Of a DNA stretch of 64,000 bases, positions 1 through 8,049 are shown piece by piece. The translations under genes and the position numbers were made by a program. The notes under the pieces were generated by a model. The model searched no databases. It had not been told where the DNA came from and saw nothing but the letters and a program-made list of their open reading frames with translations. The first letter of the stretch is position 1; each line of letters begins with the position of its first letter. Origin of the DNA: Bacteroidales bacterium. GTDB lineage: Bacteria > Bacteroidota > Bacteroidia > Bacteroidales > UBA3663. Location of the stretch: the NCBI GenBank assembly GCA_045545875.1, contig JAZQBS010000153.1, positions 6,530-70,529 on the forward strand, read 5' to 3'.

Positions 1-257
1 CCTACTACGCCCGTCCCTACTACTTCAACGGCAACGACTGGCAGCTCCTCGACCCCGACATCTACACCAAGGTGAACATCTACGGCCAGGACGATCCCTC
101 AGCAGGCATCGAAGCCATCACCATCGATGCCCCCGCTCCCGACCTCCGCTCCGCCCAGATCTTCAACATCCTCGGCAAGCCCATCTCCCTCCCCTCCTCC
201 GGCACCCTCTCCCCCGGCCTCTACATCATCAACGGCCGCAAAACCATAATCAAGTAA
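1..257 (+). CDS. C-terminal fragment of a secreted protein with a T9SS (Por) C-terminal sorting domain; 5' part lies outside the window
   Basis: The frame is open from the window edge to TAA at 255-257. The tail ...IFNILGKPISLP...GLYIINGRKTIIK has the short beta-strand pattern of T9SS CTDs. Confidence 0.6.
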   Translation, partial: YYARPYYFNGNDWQLLDPDIYTKVNIYGQDDPSAGIEAITIDAPAPDLRSAQIFNILGKPISLPSSGTLSPGLYIINGRKTIIK

Positions 258-260
258 ATC

Positions 261-423
261 TAAGGGATTCTAAGGGACATTAAGGGATTCTATGAGACAT
301 TAAGGGACGCTTCTCTCGGACGTGACCGAAAGGAAACAATGTTTCTTGGGACCCATTCTCTTGAGGCGGAGGTAACGTCCCCTAATATCCCTTAATATCC
401 CCTAATATCCCTTAATATCCCTT
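261..423. repeat. Inverted pair of phased heptamer arrays around a 70-bp core: 5x TAAGGGA (261,271,281,291,301) and 5x TCCCYTA (378,388,398,408,418), exact 10-bp period
   Basis: Read directly. The arms are reverse complements in the 7-nt core only, and the 3-nt spacers alternate (TTC/CAT; C/T), giving a 20-bp super-period. The innermost pair is GGGACG/CGTCCC. Confidence 0.9.
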
Positions 424-425
424 CA

Positions 426-1577
426 TTGTCCTCCATCTACCTCCACATCCCCTTCTGCGCCTCCCGCTGCATCTATTGCGACTTCTACTCCACCATCCTG
501 CGCAACAAGGCCCCCCAGTACGTCGAGGCCTTGATCCGCGAGATGGACGAGCGGAGGTCCTTCCTCCAAACCCCCGTCCGCACCATCTACTTCGGAGGCG
601 GCACCCCCTCCCAATTAGGCCCCGCCAACATCGCCACCCTCCTCCGCGCCCTCTCCTCCCATTTCGACCTCTCTCATTGCGAAGAAATCACCCTCGAAGC
701 CAACCCCGAGGACTTCATCGACGGCACCTGGCCAATAGCTGGTCCCGCTTCCTCCCCCTATGCAGGGGGATTAGAGGGGGTCCCCATCACCCGCCTCTCC
801 CTCGGCGTCCAGTCCCTCGTCGATAGCGAGCTCCGCCTCCTTCACCGTCGTCACAATGCCGCCCACGTCCGTGAGGCCGTCCGCTTCCTCCGCGATGCCG
901 GCATCACCAACCTCAGCCTCGACCTGATGTACGGCCTCCCCACCCAGACCCTCGCGTCCTGGGAATACAGCATCGACGAAGTCCTGAAGCTCCGACCCCA
1001 GCACATCTCCGCCTACAACCTCAGCGTCGAACCCGGCACCCGCCTCCACAGCCTCGTACAAAAGGGCGAGCTCACCCCTTGCGACGACGAGACCTGCCTC
1101 CAGATGGCAGCTCTCCTCCGCACCAAGCTCAAGGCCGCAGGCTTCGAGCAATACGAAATCTCCAACTACGCCCTCCCCGGTTTCCATTCCCGTCACAACT
1201 CCTCCTATTGGGTTCCCACCCCCTACCTCGGCTTAGGTCCAGGCGCACACAGCTACGACGGCCACAACCGTCGCAGTTGGAATGCTCCCGACGTGGTAGC
1301 ATACTTACGAGGAGACCGTGCCGAAGAATCTGAAACCCTCTCCGACCTCGACCTTTACAACGAACGAGTCATGCTCGGCCTCCGCACCGCCCATGGCATC
1401 GACCTCCACGATCTTGAATCCGCCCTACCCCAATCATGCTCCCTCAACACCCTCCGCCCCACCATCGACTCCCTCCTCCACCGCAATCTTCTCCAGCTCC
1501 GCCACAATCACCTCTCTCTCACCCCCTCCGGCCTCTCTCTCGCCGATGAAGTCATTCGCGAACTTATGTTCGTCTAA
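426..1577 (+). CDS. hemW: Radical SAM family heme chaperone / oxygen-independent coproporphyrinogen-III oxidase-like protein (HemW/HemN family)
   Basis: Motifs HIPFCASRCIYCDF (CxxxCxxC), GGGTPS and LSLGVQS are present. It has a TTG start directly after the repeat array, and the length (383 aa) is typical. Confidence 0.85.
   Translation: MSSIYLHIPFCASRCIYCDFYSTILRNKAPQYVEALIREMDERRSFLQTPVRTIYFGGGTPSQLGPANIATLLRALSSHFDLSHCEEITLEANPEDFIDGTWPIAGPASSPYAGGLEGVPITRLSLGVQSLVDSELRLLHRRHNAAHVREAVRFLRDAGITNLSLDLMYGLPTQTLASWEYSIDEVLKLRPQHISAYNLSVEPGTRLHSLVQKGELTPCDDETCLQMAALLRTKLKAAGFEQYEISNYALPGFHSRHNSSYWVPTPYLGLGPGAHSYDGHNRRSWNAPDVVAYLRGDRAEESETLSDLDLYNERVMLGLRTAHGIDLHDLESALPQSCSLNTLRPTIDSLLHRNLLQLRHNHLSLTPSGLSLADEVIRELMFV
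744..783 (-). repeat. In-frame copy (reverse orientation) of the core of the GACCCCCTC..CCCCCT-GCTT-AGGGGG interspersed element inside hemW
   Basis: CCCGCTTCCTCCCCCTATGCAGGGGGATTAGAGGGGGTCC aligns with the reverse complement of 19763-19805 and 7812-7845 with few mismatches. It encodes ...GPASSPYAGGLEGVP... Confidence 0.75.
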
Positions 1578-1618
1578 CCCTCGCCAACTCATTTTATGGT
1601 CATTAACATCTAAAACTC

Positions 1619-1654
1619 TGCAGAATTCTATGCAGAATTCTATGCAGAATTATA
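1619..1654. repeat. 3 x 12-bp tandem repeat TGCAGAATTCTA (each unit carries GAATTC)
   Basis: Read directly. It lies 40 bp after the hemW stop. Confidence 0.9.
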
Positions 1655-1986
1655 AGATTATCTGTATAGTCGTCATCATATAAAATAATAATCTGTTCAA
1701 TCCTAAGCGCCTCCTCAACTGTTTTTCTCAACGAAACCAAAATTTCCAGTTTATATTTAGCAGGAATAGCTGTTAATAAAATCAATCTGTTTAATCCGCA
1801 GCTCATCTTAAGTCCACCAATGAATCTTTAAGCCTATTTTCACCTTTTCTCTCAAAAAACTCATGTCAATTCGTGATATTTCGTGTTAAATATACCCCTC
1901 GACACGACAGATTCCCGCACTCCCATTCGAGCCTGTCGCATATTCCCTCTCTTGTCGCTACCAAAAACCAAAAATCCCACAAAATA

Positions 1987-2018
1987 TTTGGGACCCACAG
2001 AAAATCCTTCTACCTTTG
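1987..2018 (+). promoter_or_regulatory. Bacteroidota sigma-A type promoter (TTTG-N20-TACCTTTG)
   Basis: TTTG at 1987-1990 and TACCTTTG at 2011-2018, about 68 bp upstream of the ATG at 2086. Confidence 0.6.
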
Positions 2019-2085
2019 CACCGTGAAAATGATTCACACAAAACACAATTCAAGATATTATAAACAATTAAAAAACAAAAACATT

Positions 2086-2802
2086 ATGAAAAAGATTTTA
2101 TTGGTATTGGCATGGTTCTGCTGCCTCGCAGTAATGGCACAAGCCGGAGTAGCAAAGTATTGCATGAGTTATTCAGATTTCGTCAATGGAAACTGGAAGC
2201 CTGTTGAAGAGTTGACACAGGGTCGCACCATTCAAGCGTGCCAACTTAAGAGCTTAGATAACCACTACTATTTCAGGACAGGCGACAAAGCTGCCGACAG
2301 GGTATTGAAGAAGCAAGCCTTTGCCGTGATGTACGGCGACCAATTGTTCGTCAACTGCCGCAATCTGCGCAACAACGGCGTATGCCTCGACGTCTCTGGT
2401 TACACCCAGGCCGTTCGCTACGACCAAGACAAGGTTTGTGTGATGGCATACAAGATCGACGACGCATCCTTCCTGTTAGGCTTAGGTCTCGAGATTGCCA
2501 GCGTGTGTGTTGACAACAAAGCCGCAAAAGTAGGTCTTGGCGCAGCCGCTATTGGCACCATGATAGGCAATGAGTTCTTGAGCAAGACTGTCTGCTACCT
2601 CGTCGACAACGATGCCGATGTGAAGGGCAAGATCCCGGTAACACGAATGAACGACCAATACATGGAAAATCTCCTCAACGACGATGCCCCATTACTTGAA
2701 CAATACATGGCCATCCACAACAAGCGCAGCCGCCAGTCCTCAGCCAACGTGCTCCCCATCCTGATGGAAAAGGGCCTCGTCACCTCATTCGCAACAAATT
2801 AA
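2086..2802 (+). CDS. Hypothetical secreted protein (238 aa)
   Basis: The ATG at 2086 gives the signal peptide MKKILLVLAWFCCLAVMAQA. The track ORF (1873) runs across the promoter, so the shorter start is preferred. Confidence 0.7.
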   Translation: MKKILLVLAWFCCLAVMAQAGVAKYCMSYSDFVNGNWKPVEELTQGRTIQACQLKSLDNHYYFRTGDKAADRVLKKQAFAVMYGDQLFVNCRNLRNNGVCLDVSGYTQAVRYDQDKVCVMAYKIDDASFLLGLGLEIASVCVDNKAAKVGLGAAAIGTMIGNEFLSKTVCYLVDNDADVKGKIPVTRMNDQYMENLLNDDAPLLEQYMAIHNKRSRQSSANVLPILMEKGLVTSFATN

Positions 2803-2828
2803 ATATATTTATTGATCACATAACGACA

Positions 2829-2858
2829 AAGAGCGATCTCTCACGTGGAATCGCTCTT
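2829..2858 (+). terminator. Hairpin terminator AAGAGCGAT-N12-ATCGCTCTT followed by a T-rich tract
   Basis: A 9-bp perfect stem 27 bp after the stop at 2802. Confidence 0.55.
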
Positions 2859-3377
2859 GTTTATTTCATATCAGTCAATTTCCACCATCACCGGCATTCA
2901 TTTACACCACTTTTTTGTGGTTCGCAATAAGCACCTTCAAGTGTTCAGGAATATCCCAATTCGTGAATGAATCGAGCCTCTAGTCTCCATCAATATTTTT
3001 AGTTTGCAAAAAAGAGTCGAAACATTGACCAATACCTACCCAGAGGTCTTTTCGTCAGACATGTTTCTGAAGAATGATGTTCTCTAACGTTCGTTGGGGA
3101 CATGATTAAGATACCCCTATCGGTTATCATGAATTATCGAATTTAAGAATACAACTTATTGCAGGCTCCAAGGCAGAGCAGTTTGTTGTTAGCTTCTAAT
3201 ATCTCAAATGGCGAATAGCTGCCGTCGAAACTTATCACGTAGTGGGCGAAAGCGTTTTGACGAGCTAGGCATTGTCAATCGTTACATTACTCTCGGTCTG
3301 GCTTTTGGCCGAAATGGACGTGACCGATGGGTTCAACTAAGATGCTGAACGTCTAAATAGGCACCTATAATCGTATG

Positions 3378-4547
3378 CTAAATCTTAATGATAATCTTCT
3401 TCCAGTATAGCACCCATTGAATACAGAAAATGGCGAGCGTAAATATTAGTGCCCAAAGTAGCGAGAGGTACTCATTGGCGCCAAACCATCGAGAGGGGTC
3501 GAATCCGATCCTAGGTAATGTAGTGGCAAGAATGGCACACACAACGAAAGCGACAAGGGCATTGGTTCCCATGATTTTGAACGGGAAAAACGGTTTCTCA
3601 TATCCACGAATCTCTATCAAGTACATCAAGAATCCAAACGCGACCATTGCCCATCCGCCGGAGTAGAAGACAAAAGATGCAGTCCAAAGAGGCTTGTTGA
3701 TTGGAATCCACAGTCCAAGTATCATGGCGAGACCGATACTCAAACAACCGTAAACCATGATTCTTGTGATAATACCAACAGAGGAACTTTGGACCAAGGA
3801 AGAATCAGCGGAGTACCGTCGGTCACTTTTTACGATGAGGGCACCAATTAAATAACCCAGCAATGCAGTACAAGCACCAGTGATGCACCCCAGAGGTCCT
3901 TCAGGATCAAAAGCAACTGGATAGCCTACGGCGTTATGGTGTCCATGATAGACGTTGGCATCGCCCAACAACGCAAGATCAATCTTCCTGGAAACATTAC
4001 CCTCAAGTGAGAAAGGTCCCGGTTCGGTTCCGAAAACAAGAAATAAAAAGGTATAGACAGTCATCAGGACACCGATGGCCATCATAATCTTGATGGGTTT
4101 CTTGAGCCAAAGGGTAATTAATCCTGCAATCAGATATGAGATACCAATCCTCTGCAAAACACCGAAAATCCTCCGATGGGATAGCCAATACAAGTAATTA
4201 TCGCCAAATGTGGCTGATGGTTCGTAAAAATAGGTTGGGAAAAAAGGATACAGGTTACACAGCAATCCCACCAAAAAGATCAATATACCCCTTTTAATCA
4301 CCTTCCAGTAGATCAGATTGGAAACCCTCTCCTGCCGAGAGAAAGATAAAGCCATGGCACATCCTGTACAGAACAGGAAAAAGGGGAATACAAGGTCGGT
4401 GGGTGTGCATCCTACCCATGAAGCGTGCCTCAGTGGGGAAAAAATGAAAACCCAAGTGCCAGGATTATCGACTATACACATGAAAGCGACCGAGATCCCG
4501 CGGAGGACATCAAGGGAGACGTATCTTTTTGTTGCCAAACTAGTCAT
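3378..4547 (-). CDS. Polytopic membrane acyltransferase-like protein (DUF1624/DUF5009, heparan-alpha-glucosaminide N-acetyltransferase-like)
   Basis: The N-terminus RYVSLDVLRGISVAFMCIVDNPG is followed by about 10 hydrophobic helices. A TATCTTTG box lies on the minus strand near 4575. Confidence 0.55.
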   Translation of the reverse strand: MTSLATKRYVSLDVLRGISVAFMCIVDNPGTWVFIFSPLRHASWVGCTPTDLVFPFFLFCTGCAMALSFSRQERVSNLIYWKVIKRGILIFLVGLLCNLYPFFPTYFYEPSATFGDNYLYWLSHRRIFGVLQRIGISYLIAGLITLWLKKPIKIMMAIGVLMTVYTFLFLVFGTEPGPFSLEGNVSRKIDLALLGDANVYHGHHNAVGYPVAFDPEGPLGCITGACTALLGYLIGALIVKSDRRYSADSSLVQSSSVGIITRIMVYGCLSIGLAMILGLWIPINKPLWTASFVFYSGGWAMVAFGFLMYLIEIRGYEKPFFPFKIMGTNALVAFVVCAILATTLPRIGFDPSRWFGANEYLSLLWALIFTLAIFCIQWVLYWKKIIIKI

Positions 4548-4680
4548 AGATGTTCAAAAAATCGCGACAAAGATACAAATTAAATCTGAAATAGTTGAAC
4601 TTTAGGGCTGTTTTTTTTCGATAATGGCTGCATTTTCATGATTTCTTGGCGAAATTGTTGATTATGGGCTCGGGGTGAGC

Positions 4681-7581
4681 TTAAAAGCTGATGAGGAAGT
4701 CGACGAGGTTCTGGTCGGCGGAGAGGGAGAACTTGCGACGGAGACGGAGGCGGGCGCTTTCGACACCACGGACGGAGAGGTTGGTGAAGGTGGCAATCTG
4801 CTTGGTGGAGAGATTGAGGCGGAGGAGAGCGCAGAACTTCAGGTCGCTGGAGGTGAGGGAGGGATAGCGCTCCTGGAGGTTGCGGAAGAAGTGCTCGTGG
4901 ATGAGGTCGAAGTTCTTCTGGTAGATGCTCCAGAACTCGAGGTTGCCTTCGGTCTGCTGAATGCGCTTGAGGAGGGCATTCATCTCGCGTACCGAGATGT
5001 TGCCCTTCTTCTGTTCCTCCTGCATCGATTCGCGAAGGTTCTCGATGACCTTTTCCTTCGAGAAGACATCCATGGCCAGGGTGGCGAGATCCTTGGACTT
5101 GGAGGAGAGCTCGGTTTCGAGTATCTGACGCTGCTGCTGTGCGATGCGCTGTTCCTGTTCGAGCATGATGATGCGCTGTTCACGGCTCTCCTGCTCGTGC
5201 TGATGCTTCTGGCGGAGGATGGCGCGGTGTGTGCTCCATCGTCCGTAGATCCAGGCCACGATGCCAATGATGCCGAGGAAAAGGAGGATGGACCACCAAC
5301 GGAGATACCAAGGCTGGAGGACGCGGAAATGCAGCTGGAGCATGTCGAGGGTTTGACCGGTGGGACCAATCACTTCGGCCTGGAGCGTGTAGGTGCCGGG
5401 CTTCAGGTTGTTGAGCGTCAGCTGCTGGTGGGTGGTAGGAATGTCGCGGCGAGTGCCTTTTGGGATGGAATAACGGAACGAAACGCCACGCCCGTTGTAC
5501 TCGGGATAGGAAAAGAGGAGGTTGAGGTTGGGTTCGATGACGGGTTCTCCACTGATGAGCGCCTGGTGCGGGATGTCGTGCCGTTGGCCATTGCTCTCGT
5601 TGAAGTAGGAAAAGGAGATGGCGATGCGAGGTTGGATGAGCGAGTCGAAACGACGGGCAGCGAGATCGTAGCGCACTACCCCACCCGACATGTTGAAGTA
5701 GGCACAGTCGCCGCACTGATAGACGGTGGCGCACCTGTCGCCCGCCAGCATGCCGAGCGATGAGACGGGGATGTACTGGCGCAGACAGAGGCTATCGGCC
5801 TCCTTGTCGATGAGGGCATAGCCCTTCTGACCAGCCAACCAAACGCCGTAGGTGCCGGCATCGGTGGCGTTGAAGATGTCCTGGGTATTGGCGAGGAGGC
5901 GGTTGAGCGGGTCGTAGGGAACGATGCGCTGCGACACGTCGTCGTAGGTGTAGAGCTGCTGTTCATCGCTCAATACGATGCGCCCAAAGAGCTTCATGAC
6001 ATGGCAGGTGGAGGCTCCTCCCTCTTCACTGCTGAGACTTTCGAAGGAGCGGAGGTGATCGACGGAGCGAAGGTTGCGATCGAGCGTGATGCAATAGAGT
6101 CCTTTCTGCATATTGGTGGCCCAGATACGGCCGATGTGATCGACCTCGAAATGACGGATAGGTGACGAGAAACCTTCGACCTCATGGCTGAAGGTCCAAC
6201 TGCCTTGTTGCTGGCGATAGACACGCAGGACGTTGTAGGACGACTCAATCAGGACATCCTGGTCCCAGATGCGGCATTGCTTGAGGCAGGTGCTACTGGC
6301 TTCGGTGTGAGGAACTGGAGTCAACTGGAAGTCGTGATCGGCATCGACCATGAACGTGCTGCGGTTGCAGCCGAGGAACAGCTGACGGCCGATGCGGGTG
6401 ATGTGCCAGTTCTGTCCTTCGGTGTCGGGGATGAGGGAAGCCTCCCCTTTCGCAGGATGAACGGGGTCGGCATCGATAGGAATATGGTAGAAGCCCTCGT
6501 TGGTGGCCATGAGAAGTTCGCCCTGATGGAGCAACAGCCCAAAGACGGTGCCAATGGACTGATGGACGGGCGAAGGCTTGAGGCAGGTGATGGGCAAGCC
6601 GCAATGAATGAGTGCGATGCCGTTGTCGAGGCAAGCCCAAACGTTGTTGTCGGCATCGCAGAAGAGGTTGAGCACGGAGTTGTTGACCAGCCCGTCGGCC
6701 ACATTGTAATGCCAAAGCAGTTTACCGCTGAGGTCGAGGCCGTAGATGCCGTCGCGGAGGGTGCCGATGACGAGTGTGCTGTCGCGGGTGATGACGGCTC
6801 GGTTGATGGAGGCATGGCGAAGCTGCTCGTCGATGGTGGTACGGTAAGGAATGATAAGTCCCGAGGCGGGTCGATACAGGAAGAGGGCTGCATTCTCGGT
6901 GCAGAGCAGCATGTCGCCCGTGGTACGGAGCAGAAAGCCCGCTACGATGCGACTGTTGCCATAGACCGAAGGAGAAATTGACGGCACATAGTCGTGCCCG
7001 TCGAAGCGATAGTAGCCACCTTCGATGAGCTGTGCCCAAAATTGTCCGCCTATCTGATGCAGGTAGAGCGGGTGCTTGTCGGAGAAGTTGATGGGAGTGA
7101 CGCTGCCCTGTCCGTCGTTGGCGGTAGGGTCGTAACGGAAGATGGAGGCAAAGGTCTGGAAGTAGATGTCGTGGCCCTGCTCCAGGATAAACCAGGGCTC
7201 TTCGAGTTCCATCGGGAAGTCGCCGATGAGGGGACGCAGAGAAGTATAGTTGAGTTGGCCGAAGTCGTCGCGTTCGAAGTAACCGAAGTCCTCGTAGGTG
7301 CCGACATAGATGCGGTTGCCTACAGCTTTGACGGAACGCATGATGGTTGTCTCGGGCAAGGAGACGGTTGACCATTGGTAGCCATCGAAGACCAGCAGGC
7401 CTTTCTTGGTGGCGAAATAGACCGTACCATTGGAATCCTGTGTGCAGCTCCATACCTGCGAACCCGTGGAGAATCCGTAGTCGGTGGGCGTAAAGTTGGT
7501 TATGATTGGACGAAAACCAGCAGCCTGGAGGGCCAAAGTAGCTGACAGGAGGGGTAAAAAGAGGAGGTGTCGAAGCTTCAT
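4681..7581 (-). CDS. Transmembrane one-component regulator: periplasmic beta-propeller/Y_Y_Y-type sensor, one TM helix, coiled coil, C-terminal LuxR-type HTH
   Basis: Signal peptide, repetitive propeller-like N-terminal 700 aa, TM segment WWSILLFLGIIGIVAWIY, and C-terminal ...LSTKQIATFTNLSVRGVESARLRLRRKF. I saw no histidine kinase or receiver motifs. Confidence 0.75.
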   Translation of the reverse strand: MKLRHLLFLPLLSATLALQAAGFRPIITNFTPTDYGFSTGSQVWSCTQDSNGTVYFATKKGLLVFDGYQWSTVSLPETTIMRSVKAVGNRIYVGTYEDFGYFERDDFGQLNYTSLRPLIGDFPMELEEPWFILEQGHDIYFQTFASIFRYDPTANDGQGSVTPINFSDKHPLYLHQIGGQFWAQLIEGGYYRFDGHDYVPSISPSVYGNSRIVAGFLLRTTGDMLLCTENAALFLYRPASGLIIPYRTTIDEQLRHASINRAVITRDSTLVIGTLRDGIYGLDLSGKLLWHYNVADGLVNNSVLNLFCDADNNVWACLDNGIALIHCGLPITCLKPSPVHQSIGTVFGLLLHQGELLMATNEGFYHIPIDADPVHPAKGEASLIPDTEGQNWHITRIGRQLFLGCNRSTFMVDADHDFQLTPVPHTEASSTCLKQCRIWDQDVLIESSYNVLRVYRQQQGSWTFSHEVEGFSSPIRHFEVDHIGRIWATNMQKGLYCITLDRNLRSVDHLRSFESLSSEEGGASTCHVMKLFGRIVLSDEQQLYTYDDVSQRIVPYDPLNRLLANTQDIFNATDAGTYGVWLAGQKGYALIDKEADSLCLRQYIPVSSLGMLAGDRCATVYQCGDCAYFNMSGGVVRYDLAARRFDSLIQPRIAISFSYFNESNGQRHDIPHQALISGEPVIEPNLNLLFSYPEYNGRGVSFRYSIPKGTRRDIPTTHQQLTLNNLKPGTYTLQAEVIGPTGQTLDMLQLHFRVLQPWYLRWWSILLFLGIIGIVAWIYGRWSTHRAILRQKHQHEQESREQRIIMLEQEQRIAQQQRQILETELSSKSKDLATLAMDVFSKEKVIENLRESMQEEQKKGNISVREMNALLKRIQQTEGNLEFWSIYQKNFDLIHEHFFRNLQERYPSLTSSDLKFCALLRLNLSTKQIATFTNLSVRGVESARLRLRRKFSLSADQNLVDFLISF

Positions 7582-7714
7582 GGTGGTGGACCGTATTTAT
7601 AAAGATGGTGTTTTTTTGGGGACAAAGATAAGGATAATTATTGAAACAAGAAAATTTTTTGCGTATTTTTTTCGATAATCAAGTCAATAATTAACAATAA
7701 GTTGCAAAAATGAA

Positions 7715-7763
7715 CGTAGTAAAAGCGTAGTGGGCTGAAAATGTAGCGTAGTAGAATCGTAGT
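7715..7763 (+). promoter_or_regulatory. Four direct repeats CGTAGT(A/G)(A/G) at 7715, 7726, 7747, 7758 (spacing 11/21/11 bp); candidate operator
   Basis: Read directly. They lie immediately upstream of the -33 element of the susC-like promoter, in the divergent region shared with the regulator gene. Confidence 0.45.
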
Positions 7764-7769
7764 GGAAAA

Positions 7770-7801
7770 TTTGGATATTATTTCGAAAGGCTTTACCTTT
7801 G
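7770..7801 (+). promoter_or_regulatory. Promoter of the SusC/SusD operon (TTTG-N20-TACCTTTG)
   Basis: TTTG at 7770-7773 and TACCTTTG at 7794-7801. This implies a 5' UTR of about 245 nt. Confidence 0.6.
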
Positions 7802-7811
7802 CGGTGAGAAA

Positions 7812-7893
7812 GACCCCCTCTTATCCCCCTGCTTAGGGGGAAGATCCATCCGGGTTCCGATTTTCTTATCACGAAATAGAGAATTTGAGAATT
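7812..7893 (+). repeat. Interspersed about 80-bp element, copy 1 (GACCCCCTC-TTA-TCCCCCT-GCTT-AGGGGGA ... TTATCACGAA ... TTTGAGAATT)
   Basis: Aligns with 19763-19833 over its whole length, and its core aligns with 744-783 in reverse complement. Confidence 0.8.
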
Positions 7894-8049
7894 TTATTTT
7901 TGGTGACTTGGGATGGAGGGAAGAAGAACACAAATTGAACGAATCTTCACGAATGGCTATTGCGAGTGAAGAAGAGTCAGGACAATTACACGAACAGGAA
8001 ATTCAACCTATACATATATATATTAATTATCAACCAAATCCTATTAAGT

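Noticed and set aside
318-3327. Exact 12-mer GGACGTGACCGA shared by 318-329 and 3316-3327, and the 10-mer CGTAGTGGGC shared by 3239-3248 and 7726-7735
   Set aside because: For 64 kb on both strands, roughly a few hundred chance 12-mer coincidences are expected (N^2/4^12). The flanks do not align, so this is not evidence of a repeat family.
4675-5763. Long antisense or alternative-frame ORFs inside well-supported genes. Examples are 4675-5763, 8101-8976, 9079-11094, 12655-13773, 14089-15735, 17026-18546, 18688-19773, 19948-20907, 27059-28186, 28791-29678, 36632-37606, 39702-40496, 41211-41963, 57526-58167, 58517-59320 and 60680-61441.
   Set aside because: These are shadow ORFs typical of GC-rich third-position bias. 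Their translations are low-complexity (Arg/Ala/Gly/His/Val-rich) with no recognisable motifs. Each overlaps a gene with clear family signatures on the other strand or frame.
7960-8049. N-terminal extensions offered by the ORF track (7960 vs 8050; 1873 vs 2086; 31751 vs 31499; 22307 vs 22283; 23994 vs 23949; 42023 vs 41981; 49633 vs 49729; 53492 vs 53459; 56752 vs 56716; 60540 vs 60402)
   Set aside because: The extensions run across promoter boxes or upstream genes and precede obvious signal peptides or conserved N-termini. Internal ATG starts were chosen instead.
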